Positions 21,482 to 33,949 of a stretch of 64,000 nt of DNA are shown in pieces. Source of the DNA: Prorocentrum cordatum (lineage: Eukaryota); contig CAUYUJ010000181.1 of the NCBI GenBank assembly GCA_963575745.1, forward strand, positions 372,001 to 436,000, in the 5' to 3' direction. The number at the start of each line of letters is the position of its first letter. Positions within the stretch are counted from its first letter, which is position 1. Below the pieces are notes generated by a model, which was given only the letters and a program-made list of their open reading frames with translations, searched no databases and was not told the DNA's origin. The position numbers and the translations under genes are program-made.

Positions 21482-23024
21482 TATTTAGCATAATGGGCTG
21501 AAACATACAGTTTCCGCTTGATTCCAACAAGCGCGCAGAAGTCTGACAACGTATTGATGAGAATGCAACCAGATCTCGATAGTCGTTGGAAGTCTACGTC
21601 TTGCAGCTGCTAGAACCCATGGGATTCGATATGATTTGCCATATGCGCGCGCGCGGCGGCGCGCGCATGTTGCCCGAATGGTTTCACTTGGTAGTGGTTG
21701 CTACAGCACTCACTTCGTACATAAACGCATCACATTTGTCCGGCAGGGTGGGGGTGGGGGACGATCGATACCCACGAACTTGCAAACTAGACAAACCACA
21801 AGGGGTACCGCAAACCCTAGTCTCGGTGGGGTAGTCAGACTTCTTGTAAGACAAATTTGGACAAGCAACTCCTGGGAGGTCTTCGTCAGGACGGTTAAGG
21901 CCGATCAAGCGAGATTAAAAGGCCACTGAGCTGGATCAACCCGGATTAAATCTGGGATTTAGCAGGTTCAAGCAGGAAGAAGCCATATTCAACGGGATCA
22001 AGCTGGATTAAACGGTATTAAAAAGCAAACTAGGACAGTTTACAACAAGGAATATACCAGTGCCAATTCTGAATTTAACCTCCCAGGAGTTGCATCTTAG
22101 AACAAGAACAAATGAGGTACCTGCCGATGGCATGTGCATGGTACAATCTACGCGGTGGAGCCGACGTAGTACAATCTCGGCCGTGCATTTGTCACAGGAG
22201 GGGGTACCAGCAATTCAGCACCATCCGCAGAACACAAGAGCAAGAACGCGAAACAAACACAATCATACAGGGCACCAGAGGGTACCAGCCAGAGGGCAGC
22301 ACACAAAAAAAACAGGGCAAGAACGTGGAGGAAGACGACAATCAATGGCAACATAGGGCACACACAGGCAAACACTCGAAAGTCACCATGACAAAAGGCA
22401 CCAGAAAACACCACGTGTAAAACACCAGGGCAACAACACGAACGTCGCAATAATCGAAGGCACCCGAATGCGCACGGACCATAGACCACCACCCACGGAC
22501 CATGAAAACAAGAATACGACAACTCAAAACAAGAAAACTGAAAGAAAGCACGCAGACCTTGCAAATCAGCCAGGCCAATCAGACCACGCAGAGCAAGCAG
22601 ACCAAAAGAACGCATACAAGCTCCTCTACACATCCCGACCAGTTCAGGCAGACCAGCCAGACAGAGCAGGATAAGCAAACAAAAGCAGACCGAACAGACA
22701 ACTCATACCTACAGGTGCAACCAGCTCGATCGGACAAGACAAGGTCAAGAAGACAAGACCAACCATACTAGGCAGACCAAGCAGACTAGGCATATCAAGC
22801 ACATCAACATGGTCACACCAACAAGACCGACCATATCATCTGGCCCAGCCAGACCGCACGAAGAAGCAAAGACCAGTGGGACTAGCCAGAGACAGGCAGA
22901 CGCGCCAGACGAACCAGAAGCAGCCATGTCCGCGGAAACCCCAGCCTGAGATCCAGCAAGCAAGACGCGGCGCGGCCCCTCACACTTCGCAACACAGCAA
23001 CAGCCATCGAACGCGGACACGCAC

Positions 23025-23162
23025 ACACACAACACAACACAACAAGTCAAAACACAACAAATCACAACACAAGACAACACAACACGAGACAACACGACAC
23101 AACACAACACGACACGACACGACACGACACGACACAACACAACACACACACACACACACACG
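23025..23162. repeat. (ACACA/ACACG)n microsatellite
   Basis: Direct inspection. Confidence 0.9.
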
Positions 23163-26100
23163 CTCGCATCGGCGCCGACGTGAGCAGCGCGGCTGGGGGT
23201 CACAGCGGGCGCGAGGCCGAAGCCGAACAAGCGAACCGTCAGAGCCGGGCCTGGGTGGGGCTGCAGCAGGCGGGGGGGCGGGAGCCGAAAAGGCCAGGGC
23301 GCGCCGCGGCGGGCCAGCGCCGGGGCAGGCGACCGTGAGGCGAAGCTCGGGGCCGGGCAGGCAGAGCAGCGCACGCTTTTTCCGGCGGCGTGGGCACCAC
23401 GATGCGGCGAGGGCATGGGGGAGAGGCAGCAGCAGCGGCGCCAGCACAGAGAGCGAGGAGGTGCGGGCGCGCTGGCTCCTCCGCCTCCTCTTCCCCTCAA
23501 GCCCTCCAGCTCCTGCTCCCCCTCTCCTCCGCCTCCTCTGCTTCCTTCTCCTCCTCGTCCTACCCGCACCCCCTCCCCCATTTCTCTACGCTTCCTCCTC
23601 AGTCTTCTCATTCTCCCATCCTCCTCTTCTCCCTCCTCCTCCCATCCTCCTCGATCTCCTCAATCCCGCCCGCGATCACGAAGCTCTCGTCGAGTTGGCA
23701 CAGGTGATCTGCCCCCCCCCCCGCACCCCACACCACCCCGCGGGTGGCAGCTGCCAGCACGGTTGGTTCGGCAAATCTTGGGGGCACCGTCGGCAAGATC
23801 GTCCTCGGCTTTGTCCGACAGCTTCCGCGGGCGTTCTACCAACGTCAGCCGCAGGAGAGAAGCCAACCAGCCAATCGTTGTTACCTCCCCTGTGGAAAAA
23901 GCCTGTGCGGAAAGTACCGTTCCCATAAGGATCTGGAAAGACTATCACAGGGTTCAAACAAAGAAGCCGTTGTGGCAAGCATCAAGAATCAAGACAAAAC
24001 GACATGCTCGGGCCGAGTTGGCAAGAAACCAGGGAACACCGTGCGGCCCCTGACCAAGGATCGGGGTGCCCTTTCCGCAACAGAACCGTCCTCTCTTTCT
24101 CCCCAGATGCAGTCCGAGGCCCGAGAACCGAGACTGTCCGGAAGCGACTGCCCCAGGAACTGGCTGCACGGTGCAGGTTCGACAGTGCTGCTGCCTGTGC
24201 CGCTGCCGCGCTTGCGGGCACGCCGCCTCGAGCCCGTCGACTGAAACACCGACCTGTTGGCAAAAAGATCGGCGGTGGACAGGCCTCCCTTCTGTAGACC
24301 TCCCTTTCGTGAAAGCGGCCTGGGGCCGACACCGACGGACCTGGACCCGCAAGAATGACGGCCGCGACGCCCTCTCGCGAACCGAAAATGGCCAATTCAC
24401 CAATCGACGAGTCAGGCCAGAAGGTCGATCAACCTCCGAAAAGATCGGGCCCCCGGATGCCTGCGGCCAATGGGAGAACGCGCGGGCTGTTCCGCGCGCC
24501 GCCCGCGGACGCCTCCTCGCGCTCGGCCCGCGCCGACGAGGGCGGGGCGGAGGGGGAAGCTCGGGCGCGCCCAGGAGGGAGGTTTCGCGCCACCTGGCCC
24601 GAAGCACGTGCGCGCACGAGGGGGGAAGGGGGCCCAAGGGGCGTCCTGAGCGAGTGGTAAGGTAAGGGGCCAGGGCCATGATTTCTGGAAGGTTTCGTGG
24701 TCCCGACCACGATGCCCACAACCCCCTCTAAGCCTTGCCTCCCTGGGCGGCTTTCGCGACATAACTCCAGCCTCCAACGGCCGTTCCTCCTCCTCCTCCT
24801 CCTCCGTCCTCCTCCACCTCCTCCTCCCCCTCCCTCCTCCTCCTCCTCTCCTCCTCCTCCTCCCTCCTCCTCCTCCCTCCTCCTCCTCCTCCTCTCCTCC
24901 TCCTCCTCCTCTCCTCCTCCTCCTCCTCCTCCTCCTCCTCCTCCTCCTCCTCCAGCGGGGTGGCGCCCCTCACGTCGCCCCTCGTGGGAGGGGCCGGCCA
25001 CTGTCCACGCCGTCGTGCCGTGCTCGGCGTGGCACGTCGGCGCGAGTGGGCGCGGTGTCGGGGGGAAAAAAGCGGGGCGCTCCCCTGCGCGCCTTCTGGA
25101 AGCCATGTGCGCGACGGACAGAACAAAAAAAACACCCAGTCTTTCGCGAGATGGCATGGCGACCTTACGCGGCGGCTTACGCGGGCAGCCAGCGCAGCCA
25201 CGCAGCATTGGAAGCGAGGGCGCTCACGCGCGACCTTACGCGGGGAGCCGGCGCGCGAACGTCCGCGCAGTCGACCCAGCTCCTTGGCGTCGCTCGCGTG
25301 AGGCCCCCGGCCTGGTCCCCGACCCCGCCTCCTGGACGCCCCCGAGAGGAGCGAGGAGGCGCGCCGAGCGCTGCGGGGGCCGCGCTGCCCGGGCGCCCGC
25401 CCGCTGCCGCGGCGCCCCCGAGCACCACGCCCAGGCGCACCTCCGGCAGCGCCCGCCGGAACTGGCACAGGACGGCGAGGCAGGAGAGGCACGGCCTCGG
25501 CGAGGCGCGGCGCCCGCCCGGCCGCTCCACGGGCCAGCGCGCCCGCCGTCGCGGAGCGCGCGCGGCGGAGGTGTCCAGGCCGCGCTCCCCGATCGGGTGC
25601 TGCTAGCAGTGCTCCTCCTCCTCCTCCTCCTCCTCCTCCTCCTCCTCCTCCTCCTCCTCCTCCTCCTCCGTCCTTCTCCGTCCCTTCTCCGTCCTTTTCC
25701 TCCTCCTCCTCCTCCTCCTCCTCCTCCTCCTCCTCCTCCTCCTCCACGAAGCTCCTCCTCCTGACCCACGGTGCCGCCCGGACATGCAGGGAGGCCGCCG
25801 CGGGCTGCAGAGCACCCCTCGCGAGGTCCAGAGGGCCCCAGGGGCTCCCAAGTCGGAGCGGGCAGCTGGGGGGGCACCTTGGGCGCTGGGCACCCTTAGC
25901 AGCGCCCGACCGCAGGCGCACTCTCGGTGGAGATCCAGCTCCTCGGGATCTTGCCGGAGGCCTCAGCACTGGCACATGACCGAGCGACTCTGGCGGCGAG
26001 CACACCCCACCCTTCTCCAGACAGCGTTTTGGGCGCTTTCTTCAAGGAACTGGGTTCGTGTGCCGCCGTGGCCAACCTTTCGTCGCCCCGTCGACGCCCC

Positions 26101-26790
26101 GGCGCCGCTCGTCGCTGCCTCGTCGCGGGTTCGTGTGCCGCCACGGCCTGCTAATCGTCACCCCGTCGCCGCCCCGTCGCCGGCCGTCGCCACCCGCCGC
26201 CGCCTCGTCGCCGCCCGTCGCCGCCGCCTCGTCACCGCATTGCGCCACACGGATTGAACCACACAAATCGCACCACATAGCGTACACCACATAGCTTGCA
26301 CCGCATGGTTTACACCACGTAGATGGCACCACATATGTTACTTAACATAGTTTGCACCACGTAGTTTGCACCACTTATGTTGCACCTCATTGATTGCACC
26401 ACAGACATTGGAAGACGTAGGATGAACCACATAGCTCACACCACGTAGATTGCACCTCGTACGTTGCACACCACAGCTTGCACGGCATAAAGTGTACCAC
26501 GTAGGTTACGCCACATCGATCCCATTATGTGGGCTCTTTTTTACAAGTGAATTCGGATCCACCACCCTCCCGAGGCTGGCCTTATGTTCCCCCAGGGGAT
26601 GTGAAAAAATACCCCATCGCTGGCCAGGCCTGTATCGACCTCCCCATCATCGTCAAATAACACTATGCGCGCGCACTCGTTCATCAAAAGACGTCCATCT
26701 GCGAAAACCCCTTGCAACACATGAGACGAAGTGCGCACGCGCGCGTCGTCGCGCGCGCATGCCGCAACTCTTAAATTACCCCAGTGCGAC

Positions 26791-27492
26791 CCTACCTAGA
26801 AGTTTGAGCCCCTAGGAAGGCAGCATGAGTTGCTATGCTATGCTATGTTATGCCATGCTATGCCGCGCTATGCTATGCCATGCTATGCTATGCAATGTTG
26901 CACTATGCTATGCTATGCTATGCTATGCCATGCTATGCTATGCTAAGCTATGCTATGTCATGCTGTGCTGTGCTATGCCGCGCTATGCTATGCTATGCTA
27001 TGCTATGATAATCTGCGCTATGCTATGCTACGCTATGCTATGCTATGATATGTTATGCTATGCTATGCCGCGCTATGATATGCTGTGTTATGCTATGCTT
27101 GGCTAGGTTATGCTATGCTATGCTATGATAATGCAGCGCTGCGCTATGCTAAGCTAAGCTAAGCAAAGCTAAGCCAACCCTCTAGGCAGAGCCTAAGTAG
27201 GGAATTACACACATGCTACGCTATGCTATGCTATGCTGTGCTCTGCTATGCTACAGCTCAGCGAAGCTAAGATGAAGGTAAGCCAAGCTAAGATACACCT
27301 GAGCTAAGATGAAGCTAAGCTAAGCTAAGATGAACTAAGCTAAGCTAAGATGAGATAAGCAACGCTAAACTAAGGGGACGTAACTGGGGGAACCGCGGGG
27401 CGGATACTGGGGGAACCGCCCGGGGCGGGGTGCACTGCCCGGCCCCTTTAAGAAAGAGAGTACGAACCCTTCTAGGCAGAGCCTAGGTAGGG
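26791..27492. mobile_element. TIR element (CCCTACCTAG...CTAGGTAGGG) filled with (CTATG)n and (CTAAG)n microsatellites; right end duplicated
   Basis: CCCTACCTAG at 26791; TCTAGGCAGAGCCTA(A/G)GTAGGGAAT at ~27181 and ~27471; pentamer arrays in between. Confidence 0.6.
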
Positions 27493-27659
27493 AATAAACA
27501 TCGGCTTCGTATGGGTTGCAACACCGACTGTCCCGAAGCCATACAAACAACCACTGGTTTTAACCAAGTGGCTTCTCGAACCATTCGCCGCGCTTTTTTT
27601 GGCTGAATCGACCGAAAATCATGACCTTCGAACAATATTCTCATCGATTCGACCTAACG

Positions 27660-27965
27660 GGCTTCTACTGCGTGCGACTGTCGAGATCAATCGGACGGCG
27701 TTGTGCCCGTGCTGGGGGGGGGGGGGGGGCTGGGCAAGATCCATGTCAAACAATACGGCTCGGGGGGGCGCGCATGTCGAAATGCTTCCAACATTTGCAT
27801 CACCAACACGTGGGCACCATCATCGTCACTTGCATCGGCGTGATCAGCATCGGCGCAATCAGTGGCCTTGCCGTCGTCATTGTCATAATGGCCACTAGCG
27901 TCGCTACTAGCATCATCGTGGCTGCCGTTGTCGACGTCACCATGATACCGCGCCCGTCCGCGTAA
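27660..27965. repeat. Dispersed repeat duplicated ~1 kb downstream
   Basis: Colinear with ~28680-28995 (poly-G, GATCC.TGTCAAA, GCGCATGTCGAAAT, CACCATCAT, CCATGATACC). Confidence 0.8.
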
Positions 27966-30753
27966 ATGTTAGGCCTGCTCGCCTTATTTGTCTTGACACC
28001 GCGTAAAGACGGGGAACACAAAAACTCCAGATTCTCCCAAGACGGCCCATGAGGCCCTCAGGAAGGCCTTCTGACGGCCCAAGAGGTCTCAGACGGCCCA
28101 GAAGCCGCCCAAGATCGCGCAAGAGACACCGAAGAGACCCCATGAGGAACCCAACGTTGGGAATACGGACTGACCTTCGAGCCTTTCACCCCCAGATGGT
28201 CCAAGAGCCGCCTCTGAACCCCACGAGGCGCCCCTCAGAGGCCCCCGAGAAGCCCCCAAAAGCCCTCTCAGAGGCCCGCAAAGGACGCCCAAGAGGCCCC
28301 CAAGCAACCTCCAAAAAAATCACAAGATGCCCCCAAAGGCCCGTCCTACTCCTCGCCCTCCTGACTCTCCACGTCCTTCTCCTCTACTGTCGTCTGTTCA
28401 ATTTTGCATTGGGAGTCGGCGGAATTGCGCAAGTGTCCTGAATAATACGATGCGCGCGCACTCGTTGTTCAGATGCCATCAGTTTATCAGATCCCCTTGC
28501 AAGAGAGATGATACAATATCCACACGCGCTCGGCGTCGCGAGCGCATGCCGACATGCTTCAAACATCCTCGGTGCCCCAAGGATTCCAAGATCGAGGTCC
28601 CCGGAAACATGCAAAACAACTCTTGCAAACTCACACCAGAAACACATAATATGCTCCAATATGGTCACCAATGCGACCAGACGGGCCTGTCGCGCGCGAG
28701 TGCCGGAATCAGTCGAACGCTTTCGGGCGTTTTTTGTTGTTGGGGGGGGGGGGGGCGATCCTTGTCAAATTGTCAAATGATACGGTGCGGGCCAATGGCA
28801 CGTGTCGGCCGCCCGCGCATGTCGAAATCTGTCCAACACTTTCATCACCGACGCGTGGACACCATCATTGTTATCCCATCATTTTCATCGGCGTGATTCG
28901 CATCGGCGCCGTTACCATCATCGTCGCCAGAATCGGCACTACCATCACCGCGTCTGCCGTTGTCAGCGTCGCCATGATACCACGCCCGCCCGCGTCACCG
29001 ACTCGCACTGAAGTGCCCGCGCGCCAACGCTGCCTGCGAGACGCGCTGAAAAGTCCCCAACGGTCAGCGCCACCGCGGCCGCGTCGGTCGTGCCGGAGTA
29101 GCTGGCCAATCTGCGCGCGAGCCTGCGCGCGCGAACACGGCCGCAGCGATGCGCCAGCCAGCGCCAACCAGTCATCGCAATCGCCCCCGCGGGAGTTTTT
29201 CAAACCAAATTGCGGGTGGGTGGGTGGGATTGATTGCGCGAACAGCGGAGTTGACAACTCACAGCGGAAACAAGTTTCTTGCACCGCATTGATGACACCA
29301 AGTAGATCTCATCGCTTCGACTGCGACGTGAAGCTTACACCACATCGAACGCACCACATAATTTTCACCACATAGAGATATGGACATGTATTGCGCCACA
29401 AACCTTGCACCACATAGCTTCAGCCACAGGTGCTCCGCTACACAATATGCTCGATCGAATACACTGTTTCAGGTCGACGCTGGCTGTTTTTATCGGCGGC
29501 GCCAGCGGACGGGGGCGCGGGCGTCGCTGACGGCAGGGCAACGCTGGGGACGGGCGGTAGATCAGGCGGAAACGAAAACGGCGGCCTGGGAGGAGGAAGC
29601 GAGAAAGGCTTATCCGCCGAGAGTCCGCGATGGAACCGTGCGCAACCGGCCGCAGGCACGAGCACACCCAAACATCCGAATATATCAACGTTTCAATCCC
29701 GGCGTTTTCCCCCCGTTTCGGCCCCTGTCCCTGGAAGGCTTAGCCTCGTGGCTATTATCGGGCCCCTCTGGCGTGGTCTTGCCAGCGATTTTCAAGTGTC
29801 TGGTCGTGTTGATTCATGTCCCGCGCATCATATGATTCATCAATGTTCGGCGGGGTTTAGACGTTTGTAACCACGATCTTCGACATGTTTAGCCACGATT
29901 AGCAAGAAAATAACCACGCCGTGCATCGTAGCCACGTTTGGCCACGCGTAGCCATGTTTAGCCATGGGCACCAACGAGCGTCTTGCACGCCAGAGTTTTA
30001 ACCACGGTTAAGCGCGAAATAAACGCGCAATCGAATCCCAACCCGAACATGCGCGAACGACTGCAGCGACGACGGCGATCCGCATCTGCCGCTGCGCATA
30101 AAATGCATGGTGCATCGCGCCCAGGATGCGCCTTGGCAGATGGAACAATGTTTCACGCTTCGCGCATCCCCACCAACCGATCCAGAAACGTTGCCCATGA
30201 AATGTGGCGGGGCAGGGCAGAGGAGTAAGAGAAACGTATAGTGTAACAGCGTTGGCAACCATGGTGAATTGAGCTAACCTCTGCGAACAAGGGGATGGCT
30301 TTGGAGGGCCTGCTCGGGCCATCTCTGGGGCCCGAGTGGGGGCGATGGGGGGATGGGAAGGGGGGGGGGGGGGGGGGATGATGACGAGAAGGAGGAGGAG
30401 GACGACGACGACGAGGAAGAGGACAATGAGGAGTACGAAAATGAAACCAAGGACGAGAAGGAGGATGAATGCGAGGAGGAGGATAACGACAAGGACGAAG
30501 AAGATGCGGAGGAAGAGGAGAAGGAGGAGGGCGAGGGCGCGCACGAGGAGGAAGAGGAGAACGAGAGGGGGGGCGAGGACGAAAACGAGGAGGAGGAGGA
30601 GGGCGAGGGGGACGAGGACGAGAAGGATAATGAGGAGGACGAGGAGGAGGGGGGAGAGGGGGCATAGGAGAAGAGGACGAGAAGGAAGCGGACGAAAACG
30701 AACAGAAGGGGGAGGAGGAGGAACGAACGTTACCTGAGGGGGCGACGGTCTGG

Positions 30754-31188
30754 TCAGCCGCGCCGCGCCGCGCCAGCTCCCCCCGTCAGATCTGCGGGGG
30801 GTTGGAGACCACGGCGCGCGGCAGCGATGGCAGAGGTCTGCTTGCTGTACGTCATGGGCTGGTCGTCATCCTTCGTTAAGTGGAATGCCCTGGTGGCCAC
30901 GCTGAGGCGCGCGACCGAGTTCGGGATCCCGTTCTCGCCGTCGAAGGTCTCGGGCAAGGCGGGCAAGGCGAGGCGCGCGAGGAGGTTGGCGCTTAGCTGG
31001 CCACGCGGCACGCTCAGCTGGTGCCACATCCGCTCGCACACGAAGTAGTGCTGGATGCTGTCGTTGCTCTGCGGGTGCGTGCACCCAGAGTGGCAGGGGC
31101 GTTTGCCCTGAATGACGTGCATTCTGTGGCTCGTAGTCAACGCGCCCGTGAGCGCTTTCACAACGGCCCACATCCTCGCTGGCGGCAT
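30754..31188 (-). pseudogene. 3' fragment of a LINE ORF2 (C-terminal CCHC/zf-RVT-like region), same broad family as the intact LINE
   Basis: VVKALTGALTTSHRMH...CHSGC...DSIQHYFVC aligns with IWKTLSGSWITAVRFH...CLLGC..DSFVHYWCC of ORF2 44708-48433; GGA-rich tracts flank both sides (30380-30720, 31672-31700). Confidence 0.75.
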
Positions 31189-32519
31189 CGTCGCGAGCTA
31201 GGTGCGAAGACGCTTCCAACGTGCTGGTCGGTCGGCTGGGACGCGCTGGGGTTGTAGAACGTCTGCTGGCTCTGGTTTGCCTGCTGGTGAGTGTGCGTCG
31301 CCCAAGTCGTCGTCGGGGTCGACATCTGAGTCAGGGGGTGTGGTACGGCAAGAAGTTGGCGATCCATCGGCGTCTGGCTCGGTGCTGTGCGGCTTCATTT
31401 TCGAACAATGCGGTCTGGCTGCGCGTGTCCTCCCCGCTGTTGGTCACTCTCGTGGGACGTCGTTCGAGTAGTAGGCGGCCGATGCCGCTGTTGTCCCACG
31501 ACTTCTCGCACATGTCGACAGCCATGCGGCGGCGCTGTGTGTCGATCACTGGATCCAGTCATCACGGTTGTCGATGTGTCGGTCCCGAAGCAGGATGTCG
31601 GGAAACCGATAAGATGCCCACGCTCGAACTCGTGTGAGAAGACGCTCTTGTGCACGCTCAGCGTCACGACGGGGAGGAGGAGGAGGAAGAAGAAGACGAG
31701 GCCTTGGTGTTTCCTCGCGGCTCTCTGGGGGCCCTCTTGTGGCTATCTTGGTGGGTCTTCGGGTCGTCTTGGGGCCATGTCTGGATATCATGAGACCCTC
31801 CTGGGGCTTCTTGGGGGCCATCTGGCACCTCCCCAGCCCTTCCCACGCAATCCCGCCCCTCCCCAGTCATCACCGCTCCTTCCCACTCCTCTCACGTCCT
31901 TCCCTTCCCCCCGCTCCGCCGCTGCCCGCCCTTCCCCGCCCCTTCCCACTCCGACCATCCCCGTTCCTCCGCGCTCCTTCCCGTTTCCCCCCTGTATCCC
32001 CCCATTCCTCCCCGTCACACGGGGGGGGTCTTGTCTTGCTTCGTCTTTTGAATCAACTTCCTGGGTCGTGCGAGGAGCGATGTTTGGCGTTTCCCCCGTC
32101 TGGGTCGCCCTTCAACGTGATTGGATGTTAACCACGTTTAGCCACGAAGCAGCCACGGCATTACATCACTTTCAGCCGCGAGTCGCCACGTTCAGACGCG
32201 GACACTTTTTGGACACGGCGTTGCTGCTTGAGACATGCCCACATGCTCAGACACGCTCAGCCGCTCGCAAGCCGCGCCCAGGCGAGAGCCACCCGCGGCT
32301 ACTCCCGGCTACAGCTTGTGATGTGCATCGCTCTTGCACCGCGCGGAGGCGAGAGCAGCGCCCCGGCGACGCGCGGCGAACAACACATGGCCGCGTCTTC
32401 CGGGGCCGGGGCCCGCCGTCGGGCCCGGGGATCCGCAGGCACGAACCCGGGGCGCTGCGCTGCCCAGGCTGCCCCCCCCGCGGGAAGGGGTCGAGACCTT
32501 CGCGGCCGCGCGTCGAGTC

Positions 32520-32720
32520 ATAGAGTGGAGGCCCGACCGCAAGAAACCTTCCACAACAAAAAAACACCCAACCCTGAGGCCCCAGGACGTGCAATGCTGG
32601 TTGGCGTGGGAGCGCCACGCCTTCCACAGCAGAGTCAGCGAAGCCCAAGAAGCCCAGGGCACCCTGGAGGCAAGCAGGGTGTTTCTTGGCACGCTCAGGG
32701 GTGCCTCCCGTCCATCGGGG
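32520..32720. repeat. Dispersed repeat
   Basis: Homolog at ~52868-53040, sharing CCCAGGGCACCCTGGAGGCAAGCAGGGTGTT exactly. Confidence 0.85.
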
Positions 32721-32974
32721 AGACGCTGGTCGGGACAGCGGCGGCCCTCCTGCCCAGCGTCTCTGGCCCCCTGCGGGTCTGCTGCATGCGTCTCGTCGCC
32801 ACGGCCGGATCCGCCTCCCGGGCAGAAAGTCAGGTCCTCCCCCTCCTCCTCCTCCTCCTCCTCCTCCTCCTCCTCCTCCTCAGCCATTTTGCGCCCGAAA
32901 CTGTTTCAGCCTGGAGAGGCAGTTGGGGCGTTTCGACCACCAGACTTCAGAGTGGCCACGGTGGTCAGAGCCAG

Positions 32975-33948
32975 ATGCCCGCTCGTCAGTCCCAGGCGAG
33001 CCAGTGGAAGTGCATTTCTTGCCATGCACAGAATGGAGCGAAGTACAATTTCTGTAGGAAGTGCTGGAAGCAGCGCGGCGGCCAGAGCCCCCAGCCCAAG
33101 CCTCCCGCCTCCAGCGGCAGCGCGTCGAGCCAGCCCGAGCCAGACCAGTCCAACGACGAGAAGCACGCCCAACTCGCGCAGCTCCGCGCACGGCTGGGTG
33201 AGCTGCGCCGTATCGCCGAGGGCCCGCTGCTGGCTGGCAGACTCAACGCGCAGGTGGCCGCCCTCGAGGAGCAGGTCGCCTCAGCCCAGACCGACCTTGA
33301 GATCAGGGTATGCCGCATCGCCAGGGACCGCAACCGTGTGGCAGGTCAGAAGGAGAAGTGCGAGGCCGCATCGCCGACATCGAGGCGGAGATGGCCAAGC
33401 AGCAGAAGGCGCTCACCGAGGAGAAGGCGGTGCTCGAGCGCCTCACCCAGAAGCTGGGCACGCTCAACGCGAAGATCGACGAGCTGTCGGTGCGCTCGCC
33501 GGGGAAGGGCTGGAACTCGGCGGTGGAGTTCTTGCAGCAGGCTGCCAAGTGCTTGGGAGAGGGCCACGCCAAGGATCAGAAGCTGGAGGACGCGCTGGCC
33601 CACGCCTTCGCCAAGGCAAAGGAGGAGGAGGAGCGGCTCGCCGCCGCCGAGAAGGCAGCTGCCGAAGCGAAGGCCATGGAGGTGGACGCCAGCAACGCCA
33701 GCAGCCAGGTGTCCAGCGGCCGCACCAAGCGCCGCGAGCTCGACAGCGGGGCCATCGCCAAGGAGGACCTCCTGGAGGTCACCGCCAAGAGCAGCGAGGC
33801 CGTCGTCACGAAGGTGCTCCTCGCAGGCGGCGTCACTGACGAGCAGGCTGATAAGTATCCTGGTTCTCTTGAAGTGCTGCGGGATGGGCTCGAAAGCGGA
33901 CACACCCTCAGCATCAGCAAGACCCACTGGATACCGCGGTGTGGGTAG
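32975..33948 (+). pseudogene. ORF1: RanBP2-type zinc finger plus coiled coil, one frameshift near 33370
   Basis: WKCISCHAQNGAKYNFCRKC followed by heptad-rich segments that continue in ORF 33310-33948. Confidence 0.75.
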
Positions 33949-33949
33949 C

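Noticed and set aside
23670..24280. Possible DDE transposase remnant (FVLILDACH)
   Set aside because: Only one short motif in broken frames; cannot be supported without a search.
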